NCBI GenBank assembly: GCA_003446735.1
Contig: DMCJ01000136.1
Location: forward strand, 1 to 39,092
Length of the DNA: 39,092 nucleotides
Origin: Lachnospiraceae bacterium
GTDB lineage: Bacteria > Bacillota > Clostridia > Lachnospirales > Lachnospiraceae
Reading direction: 5' to 3'
Position numbers and translations under genes: made by a program. Shown here one piece after another: positions 9,707 to 19,941 of the stretch (position 1 is the stretch's first letter; every line of letters begins with the position of its first letter). A model generated the notes under the pieces. The model was not told where the DNA came from. It saw only the letters and a program-made list of their open reading frames with translations, and did not search any database.

Positions 9707-11731
9707 ATGAACACTGATTCGGAAAAAAGCACGGAAGAGCTCCTTGAATATTACAAGGACGCCCTTGAAAGAGAGAAAAAAAGAAATACAGAGCTTATAG
9801 CGGATCTTGCCGATGCGGAGAGTAAGAACGAGGAGCTTACCGCCGCATTAAAAAGGATAAAGGGTAATCCCCTTTGGAAACTGAGTAAGCCCCTGAGGGT
9901 TGTGATGCACTTCTTTATCAGGAATTTCCAGAGGCTTAAAGCGCACGGGAATCCCAGAGGGATCGCTGTAAAGATAAAGAGCAAGATCATCGAAAAGAAG
10001 GCGGCCAAAAAGCACGGCACAAAGAGCTTTCCCGATGAAAAGGAAGCAAAGCGTCAGAGAGAAGAGAAGTTTGATAAGGATATCACGATCTCGATCCTGG
10101 TGCCTCTTTACAATACGCCCAAAAGATTCTTAAAAGAGATGATAGAATCCGTTACCGCCCAGACTTATCTGGGGTGGGAATTATGTCTTGCGGACGGATC
10201 CGATAATGAGCATTCATATGTTGAGACCATATGCCGTCAGTATGCCGAGATCTATCCCGGCATCAAATACATGCGCCTTGAAAAGAACGAAGGCATATCG
10301 GGTAATACCAACGAATGCTATAAGATGGCGACCGGTCAGTATATCGGACTTTTTGATCATGATGACATCCTTCATCCGAGTGTTCTTTATGAATATATGA
10401 AAGTCATCTGCAATGAAAATGCGGACTATATCTATTGTGATGAAGCAACCTTTAAAGGCGGCAGTATAAACAACATGATCACCCTTCATTTCAAGCCGGA
10501 TTTTGCACCGGATAACTTAAGGGCGAACAATTACATCTGCCACTTCAGCGTATTTTCAAGAGACCTTCTTGAAGGCACCGAGCTTTTCCGTACGCGCTTT
10601 GACGGAAGTCAGGATCATGATATGATACTCCGTCTTACATCAAGTGCAAAAAAGGTGGTCCATGTGCCCAAGCTCCTTTATTACTGGAGATCGCACAAGG
10701 GCAGTGTCGCAAGTGATATCAGCGCCAAGACCTATGCGATAGAAGCGGCAAGAGGAGCGGTTGCCGATCATCTTGCGAAAGCCGGCTATAAGGATTTTAA
10801 GATCGAAAGCACAAGGGCGTTTGAGACCATATTCAGGATAAGGTATTCTCTTACGTCTCATCCGCATGTTACGATACTGATCCCCAATAAAGATCATTTA
10901 TATGATCTTAAAAGATGTATCGACTCGATCCTCGATAAGACCACTTATGATAATTACGACATCATAGTCATAGAGAATAATTCCGAAACCGAGGAGATAA
11001 AAGAATACTATAAGGAGATTGAAAAACATCCCCTTATATCCGTGGTTACCTATGAGGGAGAATTCAATTATTCCGCGATAAACAACCTCGGAGCATCGAA
11101 GGCAAAAGGCGAATATCTCCTTCTTTTAAACAACGACACCCAGGTTATCACGGTCAACTGGATCGAAGAGATGATGATGTACGGCCAGCGCGAAGATGTC
11201 GGAGTCGTAGGAGCAAAATTATACTATGACGATATGACGATACAGCATGCGGGGATAGTTCTCGGGCTCGGAGCTCACAGGACGGCAGGCCACACCCACT
11301 ACAAAGTTCCCAAAGAGAATGTGGGATATATGGGCAAGCTCTGTTATGCGCAGGATGTATCCGCGGTAACGGGTGCATGCATGTTGGTCAGAAGATCGCT
11401 CTATGAAGAATTAAACGGTCTTTCCGAAGAATTCGCCGTAGCATTAAATGATGTTGATTTTTGCATCAGAGTCAGGGAAAAGGGGCTTCTTATCGTATTT
11501 ACTCCCTTTGCCGAGCTCTATCATTTTGAAAGCAAATCCAGAGGCTCGGATCTTAAGAGCGGAAAGAAAAAGAAACAGACAGAAGAAAACAATACCGATA
11601 AAAATGCGGAAAGGTACAATAAAGAGGCTGCCGCTTTCAGGAGAAAATGGAAAGATATCCTTGAAAAGGGCGACCCATATTATAACGTGAATTTCACTCT
11701 CGATCGGAGCGATTACTCGTTAAGACTATAA
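9707..11731 (+). CDS. Bifunctional (two-domain) GT2 glycosyltransferase with N-terminal coiled coil
   Basis: ISILVPLYNT, FDHDD, FKPDF and DGSQDHD in domain 1; ILIPNKDH, LLNNDT, NDVDFC and HFESKSRG in domain 2. Confidence 0.92.
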   Translation: MNTDSEKSTEELLEYYKDALEREKKRNTELIADLADAESKNEELTAALKRIKGNPLWKLSKPLRVVMHFFIRNFQRLKAHGNPRGIAVKIKSKIIEKKAAKKHGTKSFPDEKEAKRQREEKFDKDITISILVPLYNTPKRFLKEMIESVTAQTYLGWELCLADGSDNEHSYVETICRQYAEIYPGIKYMRLEKNEGISGNTNECYKMATGQYIGLFDHDDILHPSVLYEYMKVICNENADYIYCDEATFKGGSINNMITLHFKPDFAPDNLRANNYICHFSVFSRDLLEGTELFRTRFDGSQDHDMILRLTSSAKKVVHVPKLLYYWRSHKGSVASDISAKTYAIEAARGAVADHLAKAGYKDFKIESTRAFETIFRIRYSLTSHPHVTILIPNKDHLYDLKRCIDSILDKTTYDNYDIIVIENNSETEEIKEYYKEIEKHPLISVVTYEGEFNYSAINNLGASKAKGEYLLLLNNDTQVITVNWIEEMMMYGQREDVGVVGAKLYYDDMTIQHAGIVLGLGAHRTAGHTHYKVPKENVGYMGKLCYAQDVSAVTGACMLVRRSLYEELNGLSEEFAVALNDVDFCIRVREKGLLIVFTPFAELYHFESKSRGSDLKSGKKKKQTEENNTDKNAERYNKEAAAFRRKWKDILEKGDPYYNVNFTLDRSDYSLRL

Positions 11732-11758
11732 AAATAAAAGTAAAAAGGAGATCAAAAG

Positions 11759-13483
11759 ATGGGTTACAGGGAAACATTTGAGGAATGGTTAAACGACGAT
11801 TATTTTGATGCAAAGACCAAAGAGGAACTTCTTGCAATAAGAAATGACGAAGCGGAAGTGGAAGACAGATTCTATCGCGATCTTGAATTCGGTACCGGAG
11901 GACTCCGCGGTGTCATCGGAGCCGGCACGAACAGGATGAACCTCTATACTGTCAGAAAGGCTACACAGGGTCTTGCAAATTATATCATAAAGCAGGGCAC
12001 CCAGGCTAAGGGCGTTGCGATAAGCTGTGATAACAGGAGATTTTCTCCGGAATTTTCGCTTGAAGCTGCTCTTTGTCTTGCGGCTAACGGAATTCACGCT
12101 TATCTTTTTGAATCACTTCGTCCCACACCCGAATTATCCTATGCGGTAAGATATCTCGAAGCTACCGCCGGTATAATGGTGACGGCAAGCCATAACCCTC
12201 CCGAGTATAACGGATATAAGGTATACTGGGCAGACGGCGCGCAGATCACATCTCCCTTGGACACCGATATCATCGCTGAGGTAAGAGCCGTTACGGACTT
12301 CCATGACGTAAAGACCATGGGCAGGGATGAGGCGATCGAAAAAGGTCTTCTTACGATAATAGGAAAAGAGATAGATGATGCTTATATGGTCGAATTAAAG
12401 AAGCAGATCATCCATCCCGAGATCATCGACAAGGTAAAAGACGATATCAAGATCGTTTATTCTCCCTTCTGCGGAACCGGTCTTATCCCTGTTACGAGAG
12501 TTCTCTCGGAGCTCGGATTTAAGAATGTATACCTCGTAGAAGAGCAGAAAGGACCCGATCCCGAATTTACCACACTCGAATATCCCAACCCCGAGGATCC
12601 CAAGGCATTCGAGCTCGCACTTAAGCTTGCGAAAGAGAAAAACGCGGACATCGTCCTTGCGACCGATCCCGATGCCGACAGACTCGGTGTATATGCACTT
12701 GATACAAAGAGCGGCGAATATGTTCCCTTTACGGGTAACATGTCCGGAATGCTGATCGGCTGGTATATCTTAAACGAAAGAAAGGAAAACGGAACTCTTC
12801 CTTCCAATGCTGCTCTTGTTAAGACCATCGTTACCACGAACCTCTGCGACAGGATCACCGAAGATTACGGTGTTAAGCAGATCGAAGTACTTACCGGATT
12901 TAAATATATCGGCGAGCAGATAAAGCTCTTTAAGCAGAACAATACCTATGAATATGTATTCGGTCTTGAGGAAAGCTACGGCTGCCTTGCGGGAACACAC
13001 GCCAGAGATAAGGATGCCTGCGTAGCGGTTATGTGCTTATGCGAAGTAGCTTCCTACTGCAAGACAAAGAATATGACCTTATGGGATCTCATGGTACAGA
13101 TCTATGAGAAGTACGGCTATTACAAAGAGGGTCAGCATGCCGTTACGATGAAGGGCGTTACAGGTCTTCAGAAGATAAAGGATATGATGGAAGGCTTCAG
13201 GAACAATCCTCCGAAGAACTTCGGAAGATTTAATGTCACATCTTTCCGTGATTATGAAAAGGATGTCGTTATAAATGCAGACGGCACAAAGACGACCACC
13301 GGACTTCCCAAGTCAAACGTGCTCTATTTCGAGCTTGAGGATGATTTCTGGGTATGCATGCGTCCTTCGGGAACAGAGCCCAAGATCAAATTCTACATGG
13401 GTGTAAAGGGCAAGGATCTTGCCGATGCGGATGCATTATTTAATGAATTAAGGGACGGGGTTTTAGCCTTGGTTAAGGAGTGA
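11759..13483 (+). CDS. pgm: Phosphoglucomutase / phospho-sugar mutase
   Basis: FGTGGLRG, TASHNP (phosphoserine), DPDADR (metal binding), GLEESYG and RPSGTEPKIK motifs. Confidence 0.93.
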   Translation: MGYRETFEEWLNDDYFDAKTKEELLAIRNDEAEVEDRFYRDLEFGTGGLRGVIGAGTNRMNLYTVRKATQGLANYIIKQGTQAKGVAISCDNRRFSPEFSLEAALCLAANGIHAYLFESLRPTPELSYAVRYLEATAGIMVTASHNPPEYNGYKVYWADGAQITSPLDTDIIAEVRAVTDFHDVKTMGRDEAIEKGLLTIIGKEIDDAYMVELKKQIIHPEIIDKVKDDIKIVYSPFCGTGLIPVTRVLSELGFKNVYLVEEQKGPDPEFTTLEYPNPEDPKAFELALKLAKEKNADIVLATDPDADRLGVYALDTKSGEYVPFTGNMSGMLIGWYILNERKENGTLPSNAALVKTIVTTNLCDRITEDYGVKQIEVLTGFKYIGEQIKLFKQNNTYEYVFGLEESYGCLAGTHARDKDACVAVMCLCEVASYCKTKNMTLWDLMVQIYEKYGYYKEGQHAVTMKGVTGLQKIKDMMEGFRNNPPKNFGRFNVTSFRDYEKDVVINADGTKTTTGLPKSNVLYFELEDDFWVCMRPSGTEPKIKFYMGVKGKDLADADALFNELRDGVLALVKE

Positions 13484-13484
13484 C

Positions 13485-13967
13485 ATGAAAAAGCTTTTTG
13501 CGCAGATAATGAAGTTTGGCATCGTGGGAGTGATCTGCTTTCTCATTGATTACGTCATAACACTCGGAGTTTCGTGGGCGCTTCGCTTAGGAGGAATGGG
13601 TGTTAAGAATGCGGCACTTATAGGAGCCATTTTCGGATTTACAATATCCGTCGTAATAAATTATATCCTCAGCATGAAATATGTTTTCACGCGCAAGGAG
13701 GATATGGACAGGAAAAGGGAGTTTGTGATATTCGTTATCTTAAGCCTTATCGGCCTTGGATTAAACGAGCTTATCATTGCTTTTTCCATAGACGTGGTAT
13801 ATGTTCATATAAGCGCGCTTGCCGGGATCTTATCGCCGGGTATGGCTACGGCATTTGCCAAGATCGTTGCTACCGGTGTCGTGATGGTATATAACTTCAT
13901 TACCAGAAAGATGTTCTTAGAGCAGAAGGAGGAGAAAACCGAGGATGCCGAGACTAAAGAAGGATAA
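13485..13967 (+). CDS. GtrA-family flippase for polyprenol-P-sugar
   Basis: QIMKFGIVG, NYILSMKYVF and AKIVAT..VMVYNFITRK motifs; 4 TM helices. Confidence 0.92.
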   Translation: MKKLFAQIMKFGIVGVICFLIDYVITLGVSWALRLGGMGVKNAALIGAIFGFTISVVINYILSMKYVFTRKEDMDRKREFVIFVILSLIGLGLNELIIAFSIDVVYVHISALAGILSPGMATAFAKIVATGVVMVYNFITRKMFLEQKEEKTEDAETKEG

Positions 13968-14745
13968 GATGCTTTTATTTATTCCCGCATATAACTGCGA
14001 GAAACAGATAACGAGAGTACTTGACCAGTTAAATGAAGAGGTTGTCTCATATTTTAACGAGATACTCATTGTTAATAACAGGAGCACGGACAATACCGAA
14101 GCTGTTGTTCTTGAGTATTTAAAGGAGCATAAAAAGCTTCCCGCAAAGCTTATAAGGAATGACGAAAACTACGGTCTCGGAGGCTCACAGAAGATGGCAT
14201 TCCACTATGCCGTTGAAAAGGGATATGACTATGTCTGCATGCTTCACGGTGATGATCAGGGTAATATCCATGATTTTCTTCCCATGCTTAAAAAGGGCAT
14301 ACACAAACAGCACGACTGTGTGCTCGGAGCCCGTTTCATGTTAGGCTCTAAGCTTTACGGCTATTCCAGGTTCAGGACTTTCGGAAATATAGTTTATGAT
14401 TTCATCTTCGCTTTCGTAACAAGAAGAAGGATATTCGATCTTGGAAGCGGACTTAATCTTTATAAGACATCAATGCTTAAGGATTACTTCTTCGAGAAGT
14501 TTCCCGATAATCTCATGTTCAATTATGTGATGATACTCGCATCGCATTATTATGATCACGATATCATCTTCTATCCGGTAAGCTGGAGGGAGGATGATCA
14601 GGTGTCCAATGTCAAGATGATGAATCAGGCGATAAACGTTCTTAAGATGGCTTTTGAGTATTTCATAAATAACGAGGCCATTCATAAAGAATACAGGGAT
14701 AATCCCCATGACGAATATACGGGTAAACACATAAAGGAGCTTTGA
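13945..14745 (+). CDS. DPM1/GtrB-like GT2 (polyprenol-phosphate glycosyltransferase)
   Basis: FIPAYN, VNNRSTDNT, NYGLGGSQK, LHGDDQ, VLGARF and DLGSG motifs; an alternative start at 13969 is possible. Confidence 0.8.
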   Translation: MPRLKKDKMLLFIPAYNCEKQITRVLDQLNEEVVSYFNEILIVNNRSTDNTEAVVLEYLKEHKKLPAKLIRNDENYGLGGSQKMAFHYAVEKGYDYVCMLHGDDQGNIHDFLPMLKKGIHKQHDCVLGARFMLGSKLYGYSRFRTFGNIVYDFIFAFVTRRRIFDLGSGLNLYKTSMLKDYFFEKFPDNLMFNYVMILASHYYDHDIIFYPVSWREDDQVSNVKMMNQAINVLKMAFEYFINNEAIHKEYRDNPHDEYTGKHIKEL

Positions 14746-14752
14746 TCATTTC

Positions 14753-15508
14753 ATGTGGATCTATTTTCTGCTTTTCTTAACAGGATTCATATTGGTTCAT
14801 TTCTGCAAGATGATGAGGCTCTATCTTGTGCTCATGGAGCATGGGATAAGCTTCCCGAGATTTGTGGTGATGTATTTGGAGACCACACTTGTCAATCTCA
14901 TCGTGCCGTTTAAGATAGGCGAGATCTTCCGTGTGCTTGTCATAAGCAAGGAGACAAAGCACTGGCAGGTCGGTATCTTAAGCGTTATAACCGACCGCTT
15001 TTTTGATACGCTCGCTTTATGCGCGATCCTGATCCCGGTGGATATCTGGTATTTGGGAAGATTAAGCCCGATCACCTGGATCTTCCTGGCGATCCTGTTT
15101 ATAATCGTCATCTGCTATGTTTCTCTGATGCCCACATACGGATATTTAAACCGCTACATAATAATGAGAAAAAATTCGCCCCGTTCGATGGCTGCATTAA
15201 GAGGTCTTGATACGATCAAAGACTGGTATGATTTTACCTTAGATCTCATAAGAGGACGATTTGCACTTATCACTACTTTCTCATTTATGGGATGGTTTTT
15301 CGAGATCGGAACTCTGGCGGCTTTTGCAACATGCCTTAAGATGAAATTCGATGTGGGAGACTTCATAAATTATATTCAGGCGATATTCGCATTCGGAAGC
15401 AGCAGGCTTCTTAACAAATATACGGGAATTAGCATTTTACTGATGGGTATAGCTGCATTTATCGGAATAGTCGTATTTATGTCGCGTCCCGAAAGGAAGG
15501 TCAGATGA
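14753..15508 (+). CDS. Lysylphosphatidylglycerol synthase TM-domain / UPF0104 flippase-like membrane protein
   Basis: NLIVPFKIGEIFR and SVITDRFFD motifs; multiple TM helices. Confidence 0.75.
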   Translation: MWIYFLLFLTGFILVHFCKMMRLYLVLMEHGISFPRFVVMYLETTLVNLIVPFKIGEIFRVLVISKETKHWQVGILSVITDRFFDTLALCAILIPVDIWYLGRLSPITWIFLAILFIIVICYVSLMPTYGYLNRYIIMRKNSPRSMAALRGLDTIKDWYDFTLDLIRGRFALITTFSFMGWFFEIGTLAAFATCLKMKFDVGDFINYIQAIFAFGSSRLLNKYTGISILLMGIAAFIGIVVFMSRPERKVR

Positions 15509-16938
15509 AGAATATAACCGTTATCTATGATGATACCGTAAAGCCGGACAGAGAGATAAGATCCGTGACCGGAGACAAGAGCTACGGTGAGACTATATTT
15601 AAAAGGATCACTTTAGCGGAGCGTACTGCCACGGTCCTGAAAAAAGAGAAAGCGGTAAAGCGCATAATTGTATTAAAAAATAAGGATGATCTTTATGATC
15701 TGAGTGAAAACCTCGTATCCGCAAGGACGGATGCAATAGTATATCTTTATTCCAATTTCGCGATCGCAAACGAGAAGGAATTCCTCACCATATTGAAAAA
15801 AGCATGCTTTGTAAATGAGGAATATACCGCATTCTGCGATAAGAAGGCCGCGCTTGATATCTTCCCCGATGCTGATTCATGCTTAAAGAACATATCACTT
15901 CTTACCGACCGGGAATACAGCGCATTAAAGATAGATAACAGTGCTTTTTCCGATCTTTCGCTTAGGAATAATTTCCTTAATTTCATCACCGGCGGATTTG
16001 ATGCCAGATTCTTTAATGCTCTCGAAGGTGATGAATATACAGTCACAAAGAGATCCAATAAAAAAGAAAAGATAAAAGCCGAATATGAATTCTATAAGCT
16101 GCTTCCCGATGATATGAAGCAGTGGTTCGTTGAGCCTTTTGATTATAACGAAGATGAAAACGGTGCGTCATATACGATGGAAAGATATCATATGACCGAT
16201 GTTGCCATAAGGTTTGTTCACGGTGCGGTAGATGATGATGAGCTTGGCGATATATTAAGAAAGCTGTTTTATTTCATTTCCAAAAGAGCAAGCAGAAATG
16301 TTAAAGCCGAGGAAGGAAAACGCCTTGCCGATGAACTCTATCTTACAAAGCTCGATAAGAGGATGGAAGAGCTTAAGAAGGACGGAGCATACGAGAAATA
16401 CGATCTTCTTTTAAAGACCGGAACGAAATATAACGGAATGGAAGAAGTCATCGGGCTTTATAAGGAGCTTTATAAAAAGCTCTCGGGAAGAAGAGAATAT
16501 ACTACCCTTTCGATCGGACACGGGGATCTTTGTTTTTCAAATATCCTTTACAGCTCGGAGGCATCGCTCCTTCGCCTTATAGATCCCAAGGGAGCTCTTA
16601 ACGAAGACGAGCTTTACACCGATCCGTATTATGATGTATGCAAGCTTTCCCATTCGGTATGCGGAAGCTATGATTTCTTCAACAGCGGACTCTTTGAGGT
16701 TTCCTATGACAGGGATCTTAGATTAAATCTTAAGATAGATTCCGATGAAGAAGAAAAGATAAAGATATTTAAATCCTGTCTTTCCGAAAACGGATATGAT
16801 TATGATCTTGTAAGGGTTTATGAAGCCGGATTGTTCCTCTCCATGATGCCCTTCCATATGGATCAGCCCGGAAAGGTACTCGGATTTTTGTTAAATGCCA
16901 TAAGAATAATGGAAGAGGTTAAAGAAAGTGGAATTTGA
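15505..16938 (+). CDS. APH/choline-kinase-fold sugar phosphotransferase (capsule-biosynthesis type)
   Basis: KIKAEYEFY, YTMERY, HGDLCFSNI (Brenner motif), LIDPKG and YDVCKLSHS motifs; the N-terminal ~160 aa are not assignable. Confidence 0.75.
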   Translation: MKNITVIYDDTVKPDREIRSVTGDKSYGETIFKRITLAERTATVLKKEKAVKRIIVLKNKDDLYDLSENLVSARTDAIVYLYSNFAIANEKEFLTILKKACFVNEEYTAFCDKKAALDIFPDADSCLKNISLLTDREYSALKIDNSAFSDLSLRNNFLNFITGGFDARFFNALEGDEYTVTKRSNKKEKIKAEYEFYKLLPDDMKQWFVEPFDYNEDENGASYTMERYHMTDVAIRFVHGAVDDDELGDILRKLFYFISKRASRNVKAEEGKRLADELYLTKLDKRMEELKKDGAYEKYDLLLKTGTKYNGMEEVIGLYKELYKKLSGRREYTTLSIGHGDLCFSNILYSSEASLLRLIDPKGALNEDELYTDPYYDVCKLSHSVCGSYDFFNSGLFEVSYDRDLRLNLKIDSDEEEKIKIFKSCLSENGYDYDLVRVYEAGLFLSMMPFHMDQPGKVLGFLLNAIRIMEEVKESGI

Positions 16939-17326
16939 AGGACTGACATTCTGTTTTGATATCGACGGGACGCTTTGCCCGATCAAGAAAAAGGAAGAAG
17001 AATATATCGATCTCGTACCCTATAAGGCCATGGTCGATAAGATAAGGGAATATAAAGCGGGGGGAGCCAAGATCGTTCTTTTTACATCCCGTAACATGAA
17101 CAGTTACGGCGGTAATATCGGTCTTATAAATGCCAATACCGCAAAGGTGATCTTAAAATGGCTTGAGAAATGGGATATTCCCTATGATGAGATAATCTAT
17201 GGAAAGCCCTGGCCCGGACATCACGGATTCTATGTGGATGACCGCACGATAAGACCGGACGAATTCTTATCACTATCCGTCGAAGAGATGGATGAGGTCT
17301 GTGCAAAGTCCAGATGTAAGGAATAA
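16928..17326 (+). CDS. HAD-superfamily capsule biosynthesis phosphatase (EcbF/BcbF-like)
   Basis: FDIDGTL, LFTSRNM, IPYDEIIYGKPW and FYVDDR motifs; GTG start after GAGG. Confidence 0.85.
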   Translation: MEFEGLTFCFDIDGTLCPIKKKEEEYIDLVPYKAMVDKIREYKAGGAKIVLFTSRNMNSYGGNIGLINANTAKVILKWLEKWDIPYDEIIYGKPWPGHHGFYVDDRTIRPDEFLSLSVEEMDEVCAKSRCKE

Positions 17327-17766
17327 TGAAGAGGGGCATAAGGGATGCAATAGCATTTGCGGTTGCCTTTTCGCTGGTAGCGTGGCTTGTTGTGGCGCTT
17401 TCTAAGCCCGGAGATGACAGCTTTGCCAAAGCAGTGGGAGCCGAAAGACTTAATGAATTAAAGTCCGGCAGGGAGTTAACACAGGATGAGCTGATCCTTA
17501 AGATAGGAGACAGGAGTTTTTTAGCAGATAACGTCACAAAGACCTTCACTGTCACCGTTGATCTTAATGAAGATAACTGGGATCTCGGGAAGATGAGCGG
17601 AAGGTTTAAGGACGGCAGCAGCGCTGAGATATATTTTGAGGAAAGCTATAAGAGATACGATAAGAAAAGCGTGGTATTAAACGGAAAGAGATTTAAGTTC
17701 ATCGCCATAAAAGACGGAAGATCCTATGCTGAATATGATCTTGTCTTTGCCCGGCCTCTTAAGTAA
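17326..17766 (+). CDS. Small membrane-anchored protein, possibly the N-terminal remnant of a CotH-kinase-family protein
   Basis: N-terminal TM helix then a beta-rich soluble part; located directly before VTC-DUF4956. The CotH link is an inference. Confidence 0.5.
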   Translation: MKRGIRDAIAFAVAFSLVAWLVVALSKPGDDSFAKAVGAERLNELKSGRELTQDELILKIGDRSFLADNVTKTFTVTVDLNEDNWDLGKMSGRFKDGSSAEIYFEESYKRYDKKSVVLNGKRFKFIAIKDGRSYAEYDLVFARPLK

Positions 17767-17770
17767 AAAT

Positions 17771-18490
17771 ATGGAATATCGTCACGAATACAAATACATA
17801 TTATCAAAGACCGATGCGGCCGTTATAAAGGAAAGAGTGGCAGCAGTATTAAAAGCGGATCCACACGGCGAAAACGGATATGAGGTAAGAAGTATCTATT
17901 TCGATGACGAGAGGGATACATATTACTACCAGAATGAGGACGGAACCGATCCGAGAGTAAAGTTTCGTATAAGAGCCTACGACGGGAGCGACAGATATCT
18001 TGTTCTTGAAAAAAAGATAAAGAAGAACGGGATGACTAAAAAGCTTCAGAAGGAGATAAGTTTAAGAGAGATGAATCTCCTTATGGGTGAAGGGATCACC
18101 TCCGTTTTTGCGTCAAAAGACGGCGGAACGGCCGTAAGGGAGCATAAGGCTAACGGCCCGGGCGAGGATCTTTTCAATGAGCTCATGATACTCAGGGATA
18201 TAAGGCTCATGCGTCCGAAGGTAATAGTTTCCTACCACAGGACTCCTTTTATAGAAGAGAGCGGAAATGTCCGAATAACCTTTGATGACGGGATCTTATC
18301 CACGGCTGATATGGGGGAATTCTTTAACGAACATATCCACGGCAGGAATGTCCTTAGGGAAAATGAGACCCTGATGGAACTTAAATTCGATGAATTTTTA
18401 CCGGAATATATAAAAGAGGCGCTTGAATGCGGATTTCTTAACCGGATAACATTTTCAAAGTATTATTTGTGCAGGAGATATCATTTATGA
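17771..18490 (+). CDS. VTC-domain (polyphosphate polymerase domain, CYTH-like) protein
   Basis: RHEYKY, VRSIYFDD, KFRIRAY, LEKKIK, RITFD, MELKF and FSKY motifs; start moved to ATG 17771. Confidence 0.9.
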   Translation: MEYRHEYKYILSKTDAAVIKERVAAVLKADPHGENGYEVRSIYFDDERDTYYYQNEDGTDPRVKFRIRAYDGSDRYLVLEKKIKKNGMTKKLQKEISLREMNLLMGEGITSVFASKDGGTAVREHKANGPGEDLFNELMILRDIRLMRPKVIVSYHRTPFIEESGNVRITFDDGILSTADMGEFFNEHIHGRNVLRENETLMELKFDEFLPEYIKEALECGFLNRITFSKYYLCRRYHL

Positions 18491-19161
18491 GTTTTTCGGA
18501 TATTTTTAAAAAATCATTTCTTGAGGGATTTCAGGGAGGAAACATCACGGTCGGAAGAGTTGCGGTAACTCTTATCGTAACTGCCATTATCGGCATGTAT
18601 ATATTCCTTGTATATTACGCTTCCACAAAAAAGAGCTTTTATCAGAAGAGTTTTAATATCTCATTAGTGCTTGTTGCGGTCATAACTTCGGCCATCGTTC
18701 TGGCGATGCAGTCAAACCTTGTGATCTCCTTAGGTATGGTCGGCGCCCTTTCCATCGTACGTTTCCGTACGGCCATCAAGGATCCTACCGATCTTGTATT
18801 TTTGTTCTGGGCCATAAGCGTAGGAATAATCTGCGGCGCGGATCTGTATTTTATCGCCATAATCACGAGCCTGGCCGTTACAGCGGGGCTTTTTGTGTTA
18901 AGCTTAACCCCGGTCGGAACTGCGGCTTCGCTTATCATAATATCGCTTAATTCCACGACCAAAGAGGAAGATATATTAAATGCCGTAAAGGAGCACAGCA
19001 GAGTATGTAAAGTCCGCTCACGTACGGTGACGGGAGAGGATAAGCGTATGATCGTGGAATGCAAGCCTGAAAGAGAAGAAGAACTTGTAAAGAAGATAAA
19101 TGATGTAAACGGTGTTTTCGGTGTGACACTTATGGAGCATAACGGAGAAGTGACTCTGTAA
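18487..19161 (+). CDS. DUF4956 membrane protein
   Basis: SNLVISLGMVGALSIVRFRTAIKDP signature; ATGA overlap with the VTC stop codon. Confidence 0.9.
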   Translation: MSFSDIFKKSFLEGFQGGNITVGRVAVTLIVTAIIGMYIFLVYYASTKKSFYQKSFNISLVLVAVITSAIVLAMQSNLVISLGMVGALSIVRFRTAIKDPTDLVFLFWAISVGIICGADLYFIAIITSLAVTAGLFVLSLTPVGTAASLIIISLNSTTKEEDILNAVKEHSRVCKVRSRTVTGEDKRMIVECKPEREEELVKKINDVNGVFGVTLMEHNGEVTL

Positions 19162-19189
19162 GAAAAAACTGATAAAAAGGAGATTAAAG

Positions 19190-19915
19190 ATGCAGATCGT
19201 TATAACCATGGCGGGTCTTGGCTCGAGATTTAAAAAAGCAGGCTATACGGTACCCAAATATATGATCCCGGCTTTTGATAAGACTTTGTTTGAGTGGTCA
19301 ATGGAAAGCCTTAAGGGCTATGATCTTGAGGGTAACAGGTGCATCTTCATAGTTAGAAAAGAGGACGATGCTTCCTCCTTCATAAATGAAAAATGCGCAT
19401 CACTCGGTATAAAGGATGTCCATGTGATAGAGATAGATCATCTTACCGACGGACAGGCCACCACTGCGATGCTGGCTAAGGATGCATGGGACAGAGATGA
19501 CAGCCTTATGATCTACAATATAGACACCTATGTGGAAGCCTATGAGATGAAGAAGGACGATATAGCAGGCGACGGATTTATCCCCTGCTTCCACGCACCC
19601 GGTGATCACTGGAGCTTTGTAAAGCTTGATGAGAGCGGTAAAGCCGTTGAGGTAAGGGAAAAAGTAAGGATATCCGACAACTGTACCCTTGGTGCTTATT
19701 ATTTTAAGACATGCAGGCTTTATGAAGATCTTTATAATGAATATTATTCTTCGGATGAAAAGCTTGAAAAAGGAGAAAAATATGTTGCTCCCCTGTATAA
19801 TTACCTCATTGAAAAGAAAGGTGATGTACGGATCAGCATAGTGGATTTCGACAAAGTGCATGTCCTTGGCACGCCCGAAGAGCTTGAGTCGTTCCTTAAA
19901 GAATACAGGCCCTGA
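19190..19915 (+). CDS. Nucleotidyltransferase-fold capsule biosynthesis protein (Bcb-type)
   Basis: ITMAGLGSRF...PKY, TDGQATT, IYNIDT, WSFV, EKVRISD, GEKYVAPLYN and LGTPEE motifs. Confidence 0.8.
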   Translation: MQIVITMAGLGSRFKKAGYTVPKYMIPAFDKTLFEWSMESLKGYDLEGNRCIFIVRKEDDASSFINEKCASLGIKDVHVIEIDHLTDGQATTAMLAKDAWDRDDSLMIYNIDTYVEAYEMKKDDIAGDGFIPCFHAPGDHWSFVKLDESGKAVEVREKVRISDNCTLGAYYFKTCRLYEDLYNEYYSSDEKLEKGEKYVAPLYNYLIEKKGDVRISIVDFDKVHVLGTPEELESFLKEYRP

Positions 19916-19941
19916 CTTATCCGTAATTAAGGAGTTATCTC

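Noticed and set aside
17726..18486. Longer starts at 17726 and 18469 given by the ORF track
   Set aside because: Family N-termini (MEYRHEYKY, MSFSDIFK) and stop/start coupling favour 17771 and 18487.
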